Source: an uncultured delta proteobacterium
GTDB lineage: Bacteria; Desulfobacterota; Binatia; UTPRO1
DNA: 64,000 nucleotides
Assembly (NCBI GenBank): GCA_963846105.1
Contig: CAWJUT010000019.1
Coordinates: 81,447-145,446, forward strand
Direction of reading: 5' to 3'
How positions within the stretch are numbered: position 1 is the first letter of the stretch; each line of letters begins with the position of its first letter. Shown here one piece after another: positions 44,433-54,324 of this stretch. Position numbers and translations under genes: made by a program. Below the pieces are notes generated by a model. The model was not told the origin of the DNA. It saw nothing but the letters and a program-made list of their open reading frames with translations, and made no database searches.

Positions 44433-46083
44433 ATGCTGCCCGACGCTGCCCGTACGCACGCAGCGCCGGCTGCCGCCGGTGTCATGCTTCCGCGTCTCGC
44501 CGGGGCGCTGCCGCTCGTCGGTCACATGGTCGGGTTCGCGCGCAACCCGGTGGCGCTCATGCGCCGCGTGCGTGCCGAGTGCGGCCCGGTCGGCGAGTTC
44601 CGCATGCTCGGCAAGCGCGTCGTGCTGCTGAGCGGCGCCGAAGCGCAGGAGGCATTCTGCCGCGCGCCCGACGAGCAGCTCAGCCAGAAGATCGCCTATC
44701 GCCTGATGACGCCGATCTTCGGTGAGGGCGTCGTCTTCGATGCGCCCGCCGGAGCGTCTGAACGAGCAGCTCCGCATCCTCATGCCGGCGCTCCGTGACA
44801 GGAACATGCGCACCTACGCGGAGTCTTCGTCGACGAGGTCGAGGGCATGACGCGCCAATGGGGCGAGGCGGGCGAGATCGACCTGCTCGACTTCACGGCC
44901 GAGCTCACCACCTACACCTCGAGCCACTGCCTGCTCGGCGCCGAGTTCCGCCACGGCATGAACGAGGAGTTCGCGCGCGTGTACGGCGCGCTCGAGAAGG
45001 GCGTCAACGCGATCGCCTACGTCAATCCCGTATCTGCCGCTGCCGGTCTTTCGCCGCCGCGATCGCGCCCGCGCGCGACTCGTCGAGATGATCACCGAGA
45101 ACATCGCGCGGCGGCGCGCCGAGGGCAGTCAGCAAGGACGACGCGCTCCAGGTGCTCATGGACTCGCGCTACAGCGACGGCGCGGCGCTGACGCCGAACG
45201 AGATCACCGGCATCCTCACGGCGTCGATGTTCGCCGGGCACCACACCAGCTCCGGCACGGCGGCCTGGACGCTGATCGAGCTGCTGCGCAATCCCGACGT
45301 GGCTGGGACGCGTGGTGGACGGAGGTCGATCGCCTGCACGCGCGCGACGCCGGTGCCGACCTATCAGTCGCTGCGCGAGGTCCCGGTGCTGGAAGCGCGT
45401 CCTCAAGGAGGTGCTGCGACTGCATCCGCCGCTCGTGATCCTGATGCGCGGTGTCCTCCAGGATCTCCACGTCGCCGGCACCACCGTGCCGGCAGGCGCG
45501 CTGGTGGCGATCTCGCCGCCGGTCTCGCACCACCTTCCCGGAGCTGTTTCGCCGATCCCGAGCGCTTCGACCCCGAGCGCTACGCTCCCGGTCGCGAGGA
45601 GGACGCGACGCCGTTCGCGTGGATTCCCTTCGGCGGCGGACACCACCGCTGCTCGGGCTCGGCGTTCGCCTTCATGCAGCTGAAAGCGATCACCGCGAGC
45701 CTGCTCAGACGCTGGACCTTCGAGCTGCGCCGATCCGCCCGCGAGCTACGACCACGACTACACCAAGATGGTCGTGCAGCCGCGGCAACCGTGCCGGGTG
45801 CGCTATCGTCGTCGCGTCGAGCAGAAGAGCGCGGCTGCGACGAGCGCGCCGCGCGCCGCGGCCAGCACGACGTCCAGTCCGGGAACGTTCAGGGTCAGAG
45901 TCGACCTCGGCCTCTGTCAGGGCCATGCCGTGTGCATGTCCGAGGCGCCGGAGGTGTTTCACGTCGCCGAGCGCGCCAGCACCGTCACGATGTTCGAACG
46001 ACGCGCCGTCGCAGCGCTGCGCGACAAGGTCGAGCGCGCCGTCAAGCACTGCCCCACCCACGCGCTGTCGATCGAGGATCTGA
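44433..46083 (+). pseudogene. CYP51-type (sterol 14-alpha-demethylase-like) cytochrome P450 fused via an Ala-rich linker to a C-terminal ferredoxin domain (frameshifted; end inferred)
   Basis: CYP51-like blocks are present (YRLMTPIFGEGVVFDAP, LTASMFAGHHTSSGT, FGGGHHRCSGSAFA), then linker QKSAAATSAPRAAASTT, then a ferredoxin domain (RVRVDLGLCQGHAVCMSEAPEVF...HCPTHALSIED). An out-of-frame tga sits at 46081. Confidence 0.6.
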
Positions 46084-46103
46084 AGAGCCCCCGGGAGGTC
46101 ACG

Positions 46104-46638
46104 ATGCCTGCGTTCCCACGCCAGGAGATGGAAGAGATGATGCGCCGCTGGATCGACGCCAACGAGCGCGCCGAGGCCGCGGGTGACTGGAAGCCGATGG
46201 CGGAGTTCTACACCGAGGACGCCGAGTACACGTGGAACCTCGGGCCCAACGAGGACTTCGTGGCGCGCGGTCGCCAGCAGATCCGCGACTGGGTGCTCGG
46301 CACCGAGATGGAGGGCCTCGAGGGCTGGCAGTATCCGTACGACCGCGTCCTGATCGACGACAAGCAGGGCGAGGTGGTGGCGTTCTGGCGTCAGGTCGCG
46401 CCGGCGTCGCGCCCCGACGGCAGCGCCCTACGAGATCCGCGGCGTCGGCGGGTCGTGGTTCCGCTACGCCGGCGACTACCGCTGGGGATGGCAGCGCGAT
46501 TTCTTCGACTTCGGCAACGCGATGGCGCTCTTCATGGAGCTCATCCAGGCGGGACAATTGAGCCCGGCGATGCAGAAGCGCATCGAGCGCGTGATGGGCG
46601 GCGAGCTGATGCCCGGGCACGTGAAGCGCGAGGGCTAG
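46104..46638 (+). CDS. NTF2-like (SnoaL/DUF4440-like) small protein, one frameshift near 46420
   Basis: A GGGAGG RBS lies 5 nt before the ATG. N-terminus reads MPAFPRQEMEEMMRRWIDANERAEAAGDWKPMAEFYTEDAEYTW. The tail ...RIERVMGGELMPGHVKREG* is in the +1 frame. As sequenced it is in frame with the upstream ferredoxin domain. Confidence 0.55.
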
Positions 46639-46709
46639 CGTGGACGTTCCAGCGCAACCCCTTCCTCTCCGTGGCGCAGGCTCCTAGGAGCCACCCGGTG
46701 CCGACTCCT

Positions 46710-47536
46710 GCGGTGGCCGCGGTGCAAGTCGCCACCGGCGGCTACTGGTTCTCGCGCAACCCGAGCAAAGCGTGGGCCGAGAAGTTCTTCCTTCTCTACT
46801 CGCTCTACTGGATGCTCGGCATGGGCGTGCTCATGCGGAGCGGCGCCGGCGCGCGCTGGGGCGATCTCGCCCTCAACCTCGCGATGCTGGTGCTCTTCGC
46901 GCCGCTCGCTCGTCGTACCCGCGCTCCTGCGCGACGAGTCGAGCCTCGGCCGGCGCTGGTGGCAGACCTACTGGCTCAAGATGAACCTCTGGATCGGCAT
47001 CTACGCCGGGATCGGCAGCTACTTCGGCAGCGAGTACTTCTTCGACGTCCTCGGCATGGTCTACCACTACCCGCAGCTCGGCTGGAATTTCGACTCGGTG
47101 CTGCTCGGGTCGGGCGAGCAGACGGGTGCCGCTGATCATGTACTGGTCGGCGCACTTCTACTTCATCACCTACCACACGGGAGCGGTGATCGTGCTGCGT
47201 CGCGTGCGCACCTCGCCGCTGTTCGGTCACGCATGGTTCTGGCCGGTGATCGTGCTGGTCACGGCGTACGGCTTCGCGTGGGCGGAGACCTTCTTCATGG
47301 CCGACCCGTCGATCGCCGAGCAATTCACCTATCGCGACCTTCCGCGCATGCTGCGCTGGGGGTCGCTCTTCTACGCCTGCTACTTCTTCGTGAGCTTTCC
47401 GATGATCTACCGGCTCGACGAGGAGCCCGGCGAGGACTGGTCGCTCGGCCGCGTGTGCGTGGAGGCGCTCGCCGCCGGCATGCTGCTGCTCCTGCTCCTG
47501 GACAGCGTGTCGCGCTTCGTCGGGCGCCTGTATTGA
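46710..47536 (+). pseudogene. polytopic membrane protein, possibly EXPERA/EBP-like (two frameshifts; start approximate)
   Basis: Hydrophobic helices are spread over three frames (YWFSRNPSKAWAEKFFLLYSLYWMLGMGVLM; IYAGIGSYFGSEYFFDVLGMVYHY; MYWSAHFYFITYHTGAVIVL...LFYACYFFVSFPMIY). The family assignment is a guess from aromatic-rich TM patterns. Confidence 0.35.
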
Positions 47537-47804
47537 TCCGCGCGTCCATGCTCACCGGGCGAGACGCTTCCCGTGCGAGCACCTGCACTCCCTCGCCTAG
47601 GTGCCGTTGGTCCTTCTCCCTCTTCTTCCCTACCCCCTGCCAGAGCGTTTTCGCGCGGGCGACTGAAAAGTCACGGATCTGCGGCAGCTCGGCGGTGCAG
47701 AAATGCTCGTGCGTGCTCGATCCGTATCGCCTCCCGTAAAGACGGGCGTTGACGCCTCGGGCGTGCGGGCGTAGCGACGGCGGGTGGGAACATGGAGGCA
47801 AATC

Positions 47805-47942
47805 ATGAGCGACGACGAAGCGCGAGACGATGAACGCGATGAGATCGAGCGCGAGGACGACGAAGCGCGGCTCTTTTCGTCCTTGGACGGCGAGCGAAAT
47901 CTTCTCACGCCGCTGTGGCGTGACGCCGATCTCCTAGGGTAG
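47805..47942 (+). CDS. small acidic ORF (45 aa, MSDDEARDDERDEIEREDDEARLF...)
   Basis: A canonical GGAGG sits 8 nt upstream of the ATG in a lower-GC intergenic patch. No homology could be assigned. Confidence 0.3.
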   Translation: MSDDEARDDERDEIEREDDEARLFSSLDGERNLLTPLWRDADLLG

Positions 47943-48068
47943 GCGCGTCCCGGCGCACGAGCTCGAGGATCGAGTCGGCACGTATCGGCTCGAGCCGTCC
48001 TTCAGGATGTCGCCCGTCGCGCGGAGCGTGAAGTCACGGCGGACGCAACTTCCGTCGGGTCGCGACGA

Positions 48069-48317
48069 CTAGCCGTGCTGAAACAACTCATCGCGGGTCT
48101 TGCCCGCCAGCGTGGCCTGCAGCTGTGCCAGCGCCTCCTCGGCGTTCGGCGCGAGCGCCATCAGGTGGTGCTCGGCGCGCACCATCGTCAGGTCGCACGG
48201 CACCGCCGACACGAAGCCGTTCGGCAGGCTCGACACCATCACGAAGAACGCCGTGCCGTCCTGCGCCCGAAGCTGATACCACTCGACCTTCTGCACCACG
48301 TACGCTGCATCGCTCAT
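48069..48317 (-). CDS. small hypothetical protein (82 aa)
   Basis: GGGAGGAG lies 6 nt upstream of the ATG. The amino-acid composition is normal (MSDAAYVVQKVEWYQLRAQDGTAFFVMVSSLPNGF...), unlike GC-driven spurious ORFs. Confidence 0.55.
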   Translation of the reverse strand: MSDAAYVVQKVEWYQLRAQDGTAFFVMVSSLPNGFVSAVPCDLTMVRAEHHLMALAPNAEEALAQLQATLAGKTRDELFQHG

Positions 48318-48377
48318 CGCCGACTCCTCCCGTGAGGGTCATACCTTACTTCGGTGCTCATGCATCTCTCCCTCCCT

Positions 48378-48407
48378 CGGCGTCCTCTGGGCTAGATCTC
48401 GCCTAGA
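48378..48407 (+). repeat. 30-bp perfect direct repeat R1, copy a (cggcgtcctctgggctagatctcgcctaga), with internal 7-bp stem and 8-nt loop
   Basis: Identical to 54325-54354. Contains the imperfect palindrome tctgggc-tagatctc-gcctaga. Confidence 0.9.
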
Positions 48408-48644
48408 CGGTGCGGTCAACGGCCCGCTGGTGGTCATCGGCACCGTCGCGCCAACCCGCTCACAGGACCTCTTCGGCTTTCGTTGCGCTCGCTAGTCGTT
48501 GCTCTTGTTGACCGGGGTCGAGATGCTCGCAGAGAAGTGGGAATCGGCGCGATCGCGAAGGGAGGCGAAGTCCTCGTCACGATACGACGGGCCGCGCCAC
48601 GCGGAGATGGAAGCGTCCTCGTCACCCCCGGTTGGGGTGGAGGA

Positions 48645-48694
48645 AACCACTTTCTAACCTCCTTCTAACCGCAATCTCACGTCCGTTCCATCGT
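48645..48694 (+). promoter_or_regulatory. 50-bp repeat R2 copy a: tandem TTCTAACC(T/G)C direct repeats at 11-bp spacing plus downstream promoter-like sequence
   Basis: 49 of 50 positions match 52693-52742. It contains two TTCTAACCnC units one helical turn apart, the arrangement bound by OmpR/SARP-type winged-helix regulators. Confidence 0.6.
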
Positions 48695-49600
48695 GCGCGA
48701 CCCGCCGCGAGCCGTATCATCGTTCCCATGCGAACGGAAGCCGAACAGTCCTCGATCGCATCCAGCGCACGACCTCCAAGACGCCCGCGTTCGAATTGCC
48801 ACCCGACCGCGCGTTCGTCCTCCACCTCGACGCGCGCGCCCAACCGCCGCGCCGCGTCGCCGGCCGGGTCGAGCACGTCACCTCCGGACAGGTGGCGCAC
48901 GTCACCTCGCTGCGCGAGCTGCTGGCCTTCCTCGCGGATGGTGCTGCGCAACGGGAACCGGGGAGACCGAGATGCCCACGCAACCTTGGACCGGAAGGAG
49001 CACGCGATGAGCGACGAGTTCGAGTCGATGCTTTTCGAGGCGGAGTGATCTGCCGGCGCAGAGGGCCTGGGGTGAGCGCTGCGCTGGCGAACATCGGGAC
49101 CGATGCGCCCTCATGCTCGCCGATCCTGGAAGAGGCGCCAGCGGTGCATCGAGCGGGGACGCCAGCGCCGCCACCCAGCAAATCCGCAAGCTGGCCGCCG
49201 AAGCCGAGGCCTGGGTGCGCTGCGACAGTCGTGGGTGGCCGTTCGCCTTTGCCAGCATCTGCGACGTGCTCGGGCTGAACGTCGACGCCGCGCGCGCCCG
49301 TTTCCTCGCCAGCCCCGAGCACCCGGCGAGCGGCTGGGCCGGCGGTGCGACGCGAGGTCAACGAGCCATCGGCGCCGCCGGCGCCTGCCTGGTGCCGCAG
49401 CGCGGAGGACACGAGGATCATCGCCGTCCCGACGCTCGGGCGCCGTCGTGGCGCACCGGTAGCGGCCGGGAAACTGGAGCCGGCGTCGGCGTACGGGTTG
49501 CATGAAAATCCCGAAGTCCTCGCGCGCCACCGCGCACGGCCACACGTGCGCGGCCGCTCGACCTTCGCCGATCGTCGCGGCCGTCGGCGTCGAGATCGAC

Positions 49601-52600
49601 TCACCTTGGAACCCGAGGCTGCCGCCCGCCTTTGTTCCCGCCTCCGACACGCAGAATCCGGCGAACCGGCGCCGCGGCGAGGAATGCGTGGCGCAGCGGG
49701 TCGTCGGGCGTGAACGAATTCGCGAGTGCGAGGATGATCGCTTCGGCACGCGCCCGGTGGGCTTCCGCGGCGGTTTCATCCTTTGCCTGTCGGTACAGAT
49801 CGGACCGGGTGGCATGAACGCGCCACGCCGTCGTGGGAATCTCGAACCTGCTGCAGAACCGCGAGGCCCTTCTCGATCTTCTCCTCCGCACCTTTCCAGT
49901 CCTTCTCAGCCATCGCGACTCGTGCCCCCACCTCCCAGGCCAGCGCCTGCAGGTTGGGCTCGGCGGTTGACAAGGCGGACTCGAGAAAGCGGTCGGCTTC
50001 GAGCGCGCGCCTTGCGGAGATTTCCGGATGCCAGCCAAACGTTGCTCAGCCCAAGCTGGGCGTTCATTCGCCAGTACCAATGGAGGAAGAATTTGGTGCT
50101 TTTCTTCGGGTCGAGCACTTGTGCGAAGCTCCGCGCCGCGTCGTCGTATTTCCCCTGCTCCAGAGCGGCGTAGCCGGCGGCGATCCCGCCGATGGTGCTG
50201 TGATTGTCCGTGCCAGTATGCGTCGGCGCTCCGTGCGACGCATCGCCTCACACAGCTCGCGGGCGCCAGCGAAATCCAAAATCGCCGTACGCAGCCACGC
50301 TTCGCGGAAAACGAAAAGCCATGGCTCATTGCCGTTCTTCTCGGCGATTTCCCTTCCGGAGCGCAGCAGTTGCACCAGCTCGCCAAGCCGGCCCGAATAC
50401 AGCAGGGCCAGCGTTTTCCCGCTGAGCGCAAGGAAGTGCACCACCGGGCTGGTGGACTCGTTCTCTTTTGGGATGCCGGCTTCGAGCGTTCTCGAGGGCT
50501 TCCGCGTAGTCGCCCCGCAGCATTTGCAGATGTGCGTAGATCACCTGTCAAATGCGGGCGGGCCAGCATCGCTCAAGCGGTGGATCGTCTCGCTGGCAGC
50601 CGCACAGATCTCCCAGTCCTTCTCTCGCCAGGTGTCGAACGTAAGCCTGACATAAGCGCCCAGCAGCTCGGTGCGCGCGTGCAGCAGCGGATCGTCCAAG
50701 TTGGCGCTGAGGTGCAGGGCCTGCTCGATCGCCGCCATGGCACGGTCCGGATCGATGAAACAAAGCGGACGCACCAAGCTGCTGAGTGCGTCGACTCGAG
50801 CAGAGGTGAGCCCAGTGTCGGCCGCCCGCGCCGCTGCGGCTTCGTAGGCTTCGGCGCACTCGATCATCGCGCCGCGCCCGAAGTGCGCATCGCCGATGCA
50901 TTGCAGCAGCTCAATCTCAGCTTGGCTGCGGGCGTTCGCGGCCAGCCGGTGAACAAGCGATCGCGCATGCTCGAGCACGCGGATCGCGTCACCGTAGGCG
51001 CAGCGCCCGGCCGCGTTCTTTGCCGTCAGGATGAGGTAGCGGATGGCACGCTGGTAGTCGCCCGCCTCCTCGAAGTGCCATGCCAGCGGGCTCGCGATCG
51101 TCGTGGCGTCGGCGCCGTAGGTGTGCTCGAGCCATTCGCCGACCCGCTGGTGCAATCGCAGGCGCCGAGCCGGCCGGCACCCGCTCGGCGATGGCGTGGG
51201 GATACAGGCTGTGGGTGAAGCGGTAGCGCGCGACCTTCGTTCCGTCGGGTCGTGTCGAACAGCGCCGACTGCGGACAGGAACTGCCCTTGTCGTGCGAGC
51301 TCATCGCAGCGGTCTTCGATTGCCAGCGGATCCACGTCGAGGCCGGCCGCAACCGATGCCGATCGTGAATTCGCTCCCGAGCACGCTCGCCGCTTCGAGC
51401 AAGCGCTGCGCCTCAGGTTGCAGGCGATCGATCTGCTTCTCGACCAGCGCGCGCAGGCTCTCGGGGACGGCGCGGGCGATCTCGGCAACGGGTCTTCTCA
51501 GCCGCCAGCGGTCGTCCTCCGGCTCCAACACACGAAGGGCGACGAGCTCGTCCACCACCCGCACCATGAAGAGCGGATTGCCGTCCGTCCGCTGGTGCAC
51601 GGCGCGCGCCAGCTCGGGCGGAAACGCATGCCCGCCGAAGCGTTGCGCCAGATACGCGGCGACATGCGGCTCGCGCAGGAACGACAGGGCGATGTCCTCG
51701 CACTGGCGCCGCACCCGCAGCTCCTGAATGAGCGCCCGCAGCGGGATGTCCCGCTCACGATGACATCCACCGAGCGATAGCTCCCGACCACGAGCAGGCG
51801 CGCCGACTCCTGCCGCCGCGCGAGCATCGCCAGCAGATCGAGCGTCGAATAGTCGCTCCAGTGCAGATCCTCGAGCACCAACAGGACGGGGGTCGTCGCG
51901 GACAGCGCCTCGAGGGCTTCCGCCATCTCGCGCAACATGCGCTCCTTGGTGACCCCGAGCAGCTGCCGGCGCAACGCCTCGCGATCGTCCCGGTCGTTCC
52001 AGCCACGGCAGCTGCACCAGCCATGTCGGGGCGTGGGTCTCGAGGACACGGATGACCCGCTCGGCCCCGGGCTCGCGCAGCAGTCGCCCAAACGCCTCGA
52101 GGACCGGCAGATACGCCTCCGCTGCCCCGTAGTGCTCGAGGCACGCGCCGCGCGCAATCAACAGATCCGGATCGGACGCGGCGCGGGCCAGAAACGCGTC
52201 GAGCACCGTGGTCTTGCCGATGCCGGCTTCACCGGAGAGGAACACGAGCTGGCGCTGGCCGGCGAGCGCGCGCGTGAGCCGGTCCTCGAGCTGCGCGAGC
52301 ACTCGGTCGCGGCCGACCAGTGCGTCGCGCGGATCAGCCGCCGCCGCGACCTTGGCCTGACGGGCGCGGGGGGCGATGAAGCGGTAGCCCCGGCGCGGCA
52401 CGGTCTCGATGAAGGACGGCGCCGCCGGATCGTCACCGAGCGCGCGACGGATCTCCAGGATGATCACCTTGAGAACACCGTCGCTGACGTGGGTCTTTGC
52501 CCACCCGGCCCGCAGCAGCTCCTCCTTGGAGACCAGCTGCCCGCCGTCTTCGATCAGCCGGCGCAGGACCGCAAATGCCTTCGGAGTGAGGGCGACGACC

Positions 52601-52611
52601 TCGTCCCGCAC
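49601..52611 (-). pseudogene. large wHTH (OmpR-type trans_reg_C) - AAA/NB-ARC ATPase - TPR transcriptional regulator (STAND/AfsR-like architecture; about five frameshifts)
   Basis: N-terminus reads MRDEVVALTPKAFAVLRRLIEDGGQLVSKEELLRAGWAKTHVSDGVLKVIILEIRRALGDDPAAPSFIETVPRRGYRFIA. Walker A (FLSGEAGIGKTTV), an NB-ARC-like block (LLVLEDLHWSDYSTLDLL) and long TPR-like C-terminal fragments are spread over at least five frames. Confidence 0.6.
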
Positions 52612-52692
52612 CAGAGCCGCTCGCTGGCGAGATCCAGGGAAAAGTCACCGAACGTGAGGCGTCGATCCGCTTCCATCGTCGCACCCGATGAG

Positions 52693-52742
52693 AACCACTT
52701 TCTAACCGCCTTCTAACCGCAATCTCACGTCCGTTCCATCGT
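52693..52742 (+). promoter_or_regulatory. 50-bp repeat R2 copy b in the divergent region between the regulator and the secreted-protein gene
   Basis: Sits 80 bp upstream of the regulator start (opposite strand) and about 120 bp upstream of the secreted-protein ATG. Carries the TTCTAACCGCC-TTCTAACCGCA tandem. Confidence 0.6.
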
Positions 52743-52860
52743 CACCGCCCGGCAGCGCGCCGTATCTTCGCGTGCATGGAACGCAACCGCAAGCGCCGAT
52801 CAACCATGCAACCGGCCCGGTCGAACTGGCCAGAACCGAAACAACGAAAAGGAGATTCGT

Positions 52861-54196
52861 ATGAGATATCTGTTGGTGTGAGCCACGGTGACCGCCGGCG
52901 TGTGGCTCGCGACGCCCGCCTGGGCAGATCCTTTCTTCTTCAGCAGCGGCTCGACGGAAAGCTCGGAGCGCTGTCCCACCCCGGACCGGCAACCTCGAGA
53001 CCGAGACCGCCCGGTTCGAGCGCGTCACATTCCCGGAAGTCACGCGGCTTGTGAACAATCGCGGCGTTTTCAACAGGAACGGCCTTGTGCCGCAGGTGCG
53101 GATCACATCGCCGCTCGATGGGGCCTTCATCGCGCCTGGCGATTCGCGCATCGGGGCCGGCGATCCCAACGGTACGGGATTCGCAATCGTTGCGGAGATC
53201 ATCACGCGCGAAAACAACCATGTGACCGTCGACGAAGACGTCAACATCCGCAATGTCGAAGATCTCTTTGGCCTCAATCCCCAGTTCCCGGGCCTGTTTG
53301 TCTTCATCGACGAAGACCTGATCACGCCGGACGGAACGATCATTCCCGCCAACACCAATCTTGGTCCGCTCTTCAACATCGCGGGGACAGACGATACCCC
53401 TGGCCCCGGCGTGACCATCTGGGCCGGGTGGCATGTGCTCGAGTCAATCGACCCGCGAGAAGTCGACAGTTTCAACCTCACTGTCGCAGTCGTCGACGAT
53501 GACCGCCGAATCGCGTTCGACAGGGTGAAAGTAAACGTCGATAAGTCCGTGACGGATCGATTCGGAACTTCAGGCAACGGCTTGACCCAGAATCCTGGTG
53601 AGCCGAACCGGGTCGTCGGCGGCACTGCACCGATCGTCGAAATCATCGCCCCGCGCGAGCCGAGCGCCGTGACCTTTGGTGAAGCGCCGCCCAATGGATC
53701 GCTTCATTACATCCAGGTCAATGTCATCGACAAGGAAGGCGACGTGGTCGTCGACGAACTCGGTGCCGCAGACGGCTTGCTCGATCCGACAAGCGCCAAT
53801 CTCGCGGCCCAATTCGGCCGCATCGACGATGGCGCCGCGGGCGTTGGCAATCCAAACCGCAACGTTCCCGGTTTTGACTTCCGGTTCAGCGTGCCTTCCG
53901 GGGCGGCTGGCGGCAATGCGAATGTGAACGTTGCACGGGTTTTCAATGTGGCTGGCAGCGAAGTCATTCGCCTTGAAGACGGCACGCCAGCGGTGCGCAC
54001 CGTCCTCAATTGGGTGGTGGCGGCGCCGTTCGTGGGGAGCGCACTCAATGAGAATTTCGTTACTTTCACGGCGACCGTGACGGACGCCAACGGCAATGTG
54101 GGCGTCGCCACGAGTAGGTTCCAGCTCACCGACTCTGCGGCCAACGGCGAAGAGTTGACGCCGCAGCCCCAACCAGTGACCACAGTAGAACGTTGA
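52861..54196 (+). pseudogene. secreted protein of unknown family, beta-rich, N/D/V/I-rich, lower GC (two frameshifts in the signal-peptide region)
   Basis: AAAGGAG RBS. The start MRYLLV plus the shifted ...TAGVWLATPAWA reconstructs a signal peptide. A 380-aa body continues in a third frame (VNNRGVFNRNGLVPQVRITSPLDG...QLTDSAANGEELTPQPQPVTTVER). Confidence 0.55.
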
Positions 54197-54324
54197 CCGC
54201 CGGGCGTGCGACGAATTGTCGGGCTCCTGAGTACTCAGCCATTCATGCGTTGCTAGAGAGCTGACTCCGGCAGAAACATGGTCCGGCCTCCACGTATGGA
54301 GGCCGGACGTATTTAGCAGTTCTG

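Noticed and set aside
48378-48407. R1 as a rho-independent terminator.
   Set aside because: The stem-loop is not followed by a U-tract on either strand. Copy a also lies in a divergent promoter region, not at a gene 3' end.
42165-49006. A shared 13-mer GGAAGGAGCACGC ahead of the ATG at 42179 and the ATG at 49007, considered as a mobile promoter or RBS cassette.
   Set aside because: A single identical 13-mer pair is expected by chance in 64 kb of biased-composition DNA, and the flanking sequence is unrelated.
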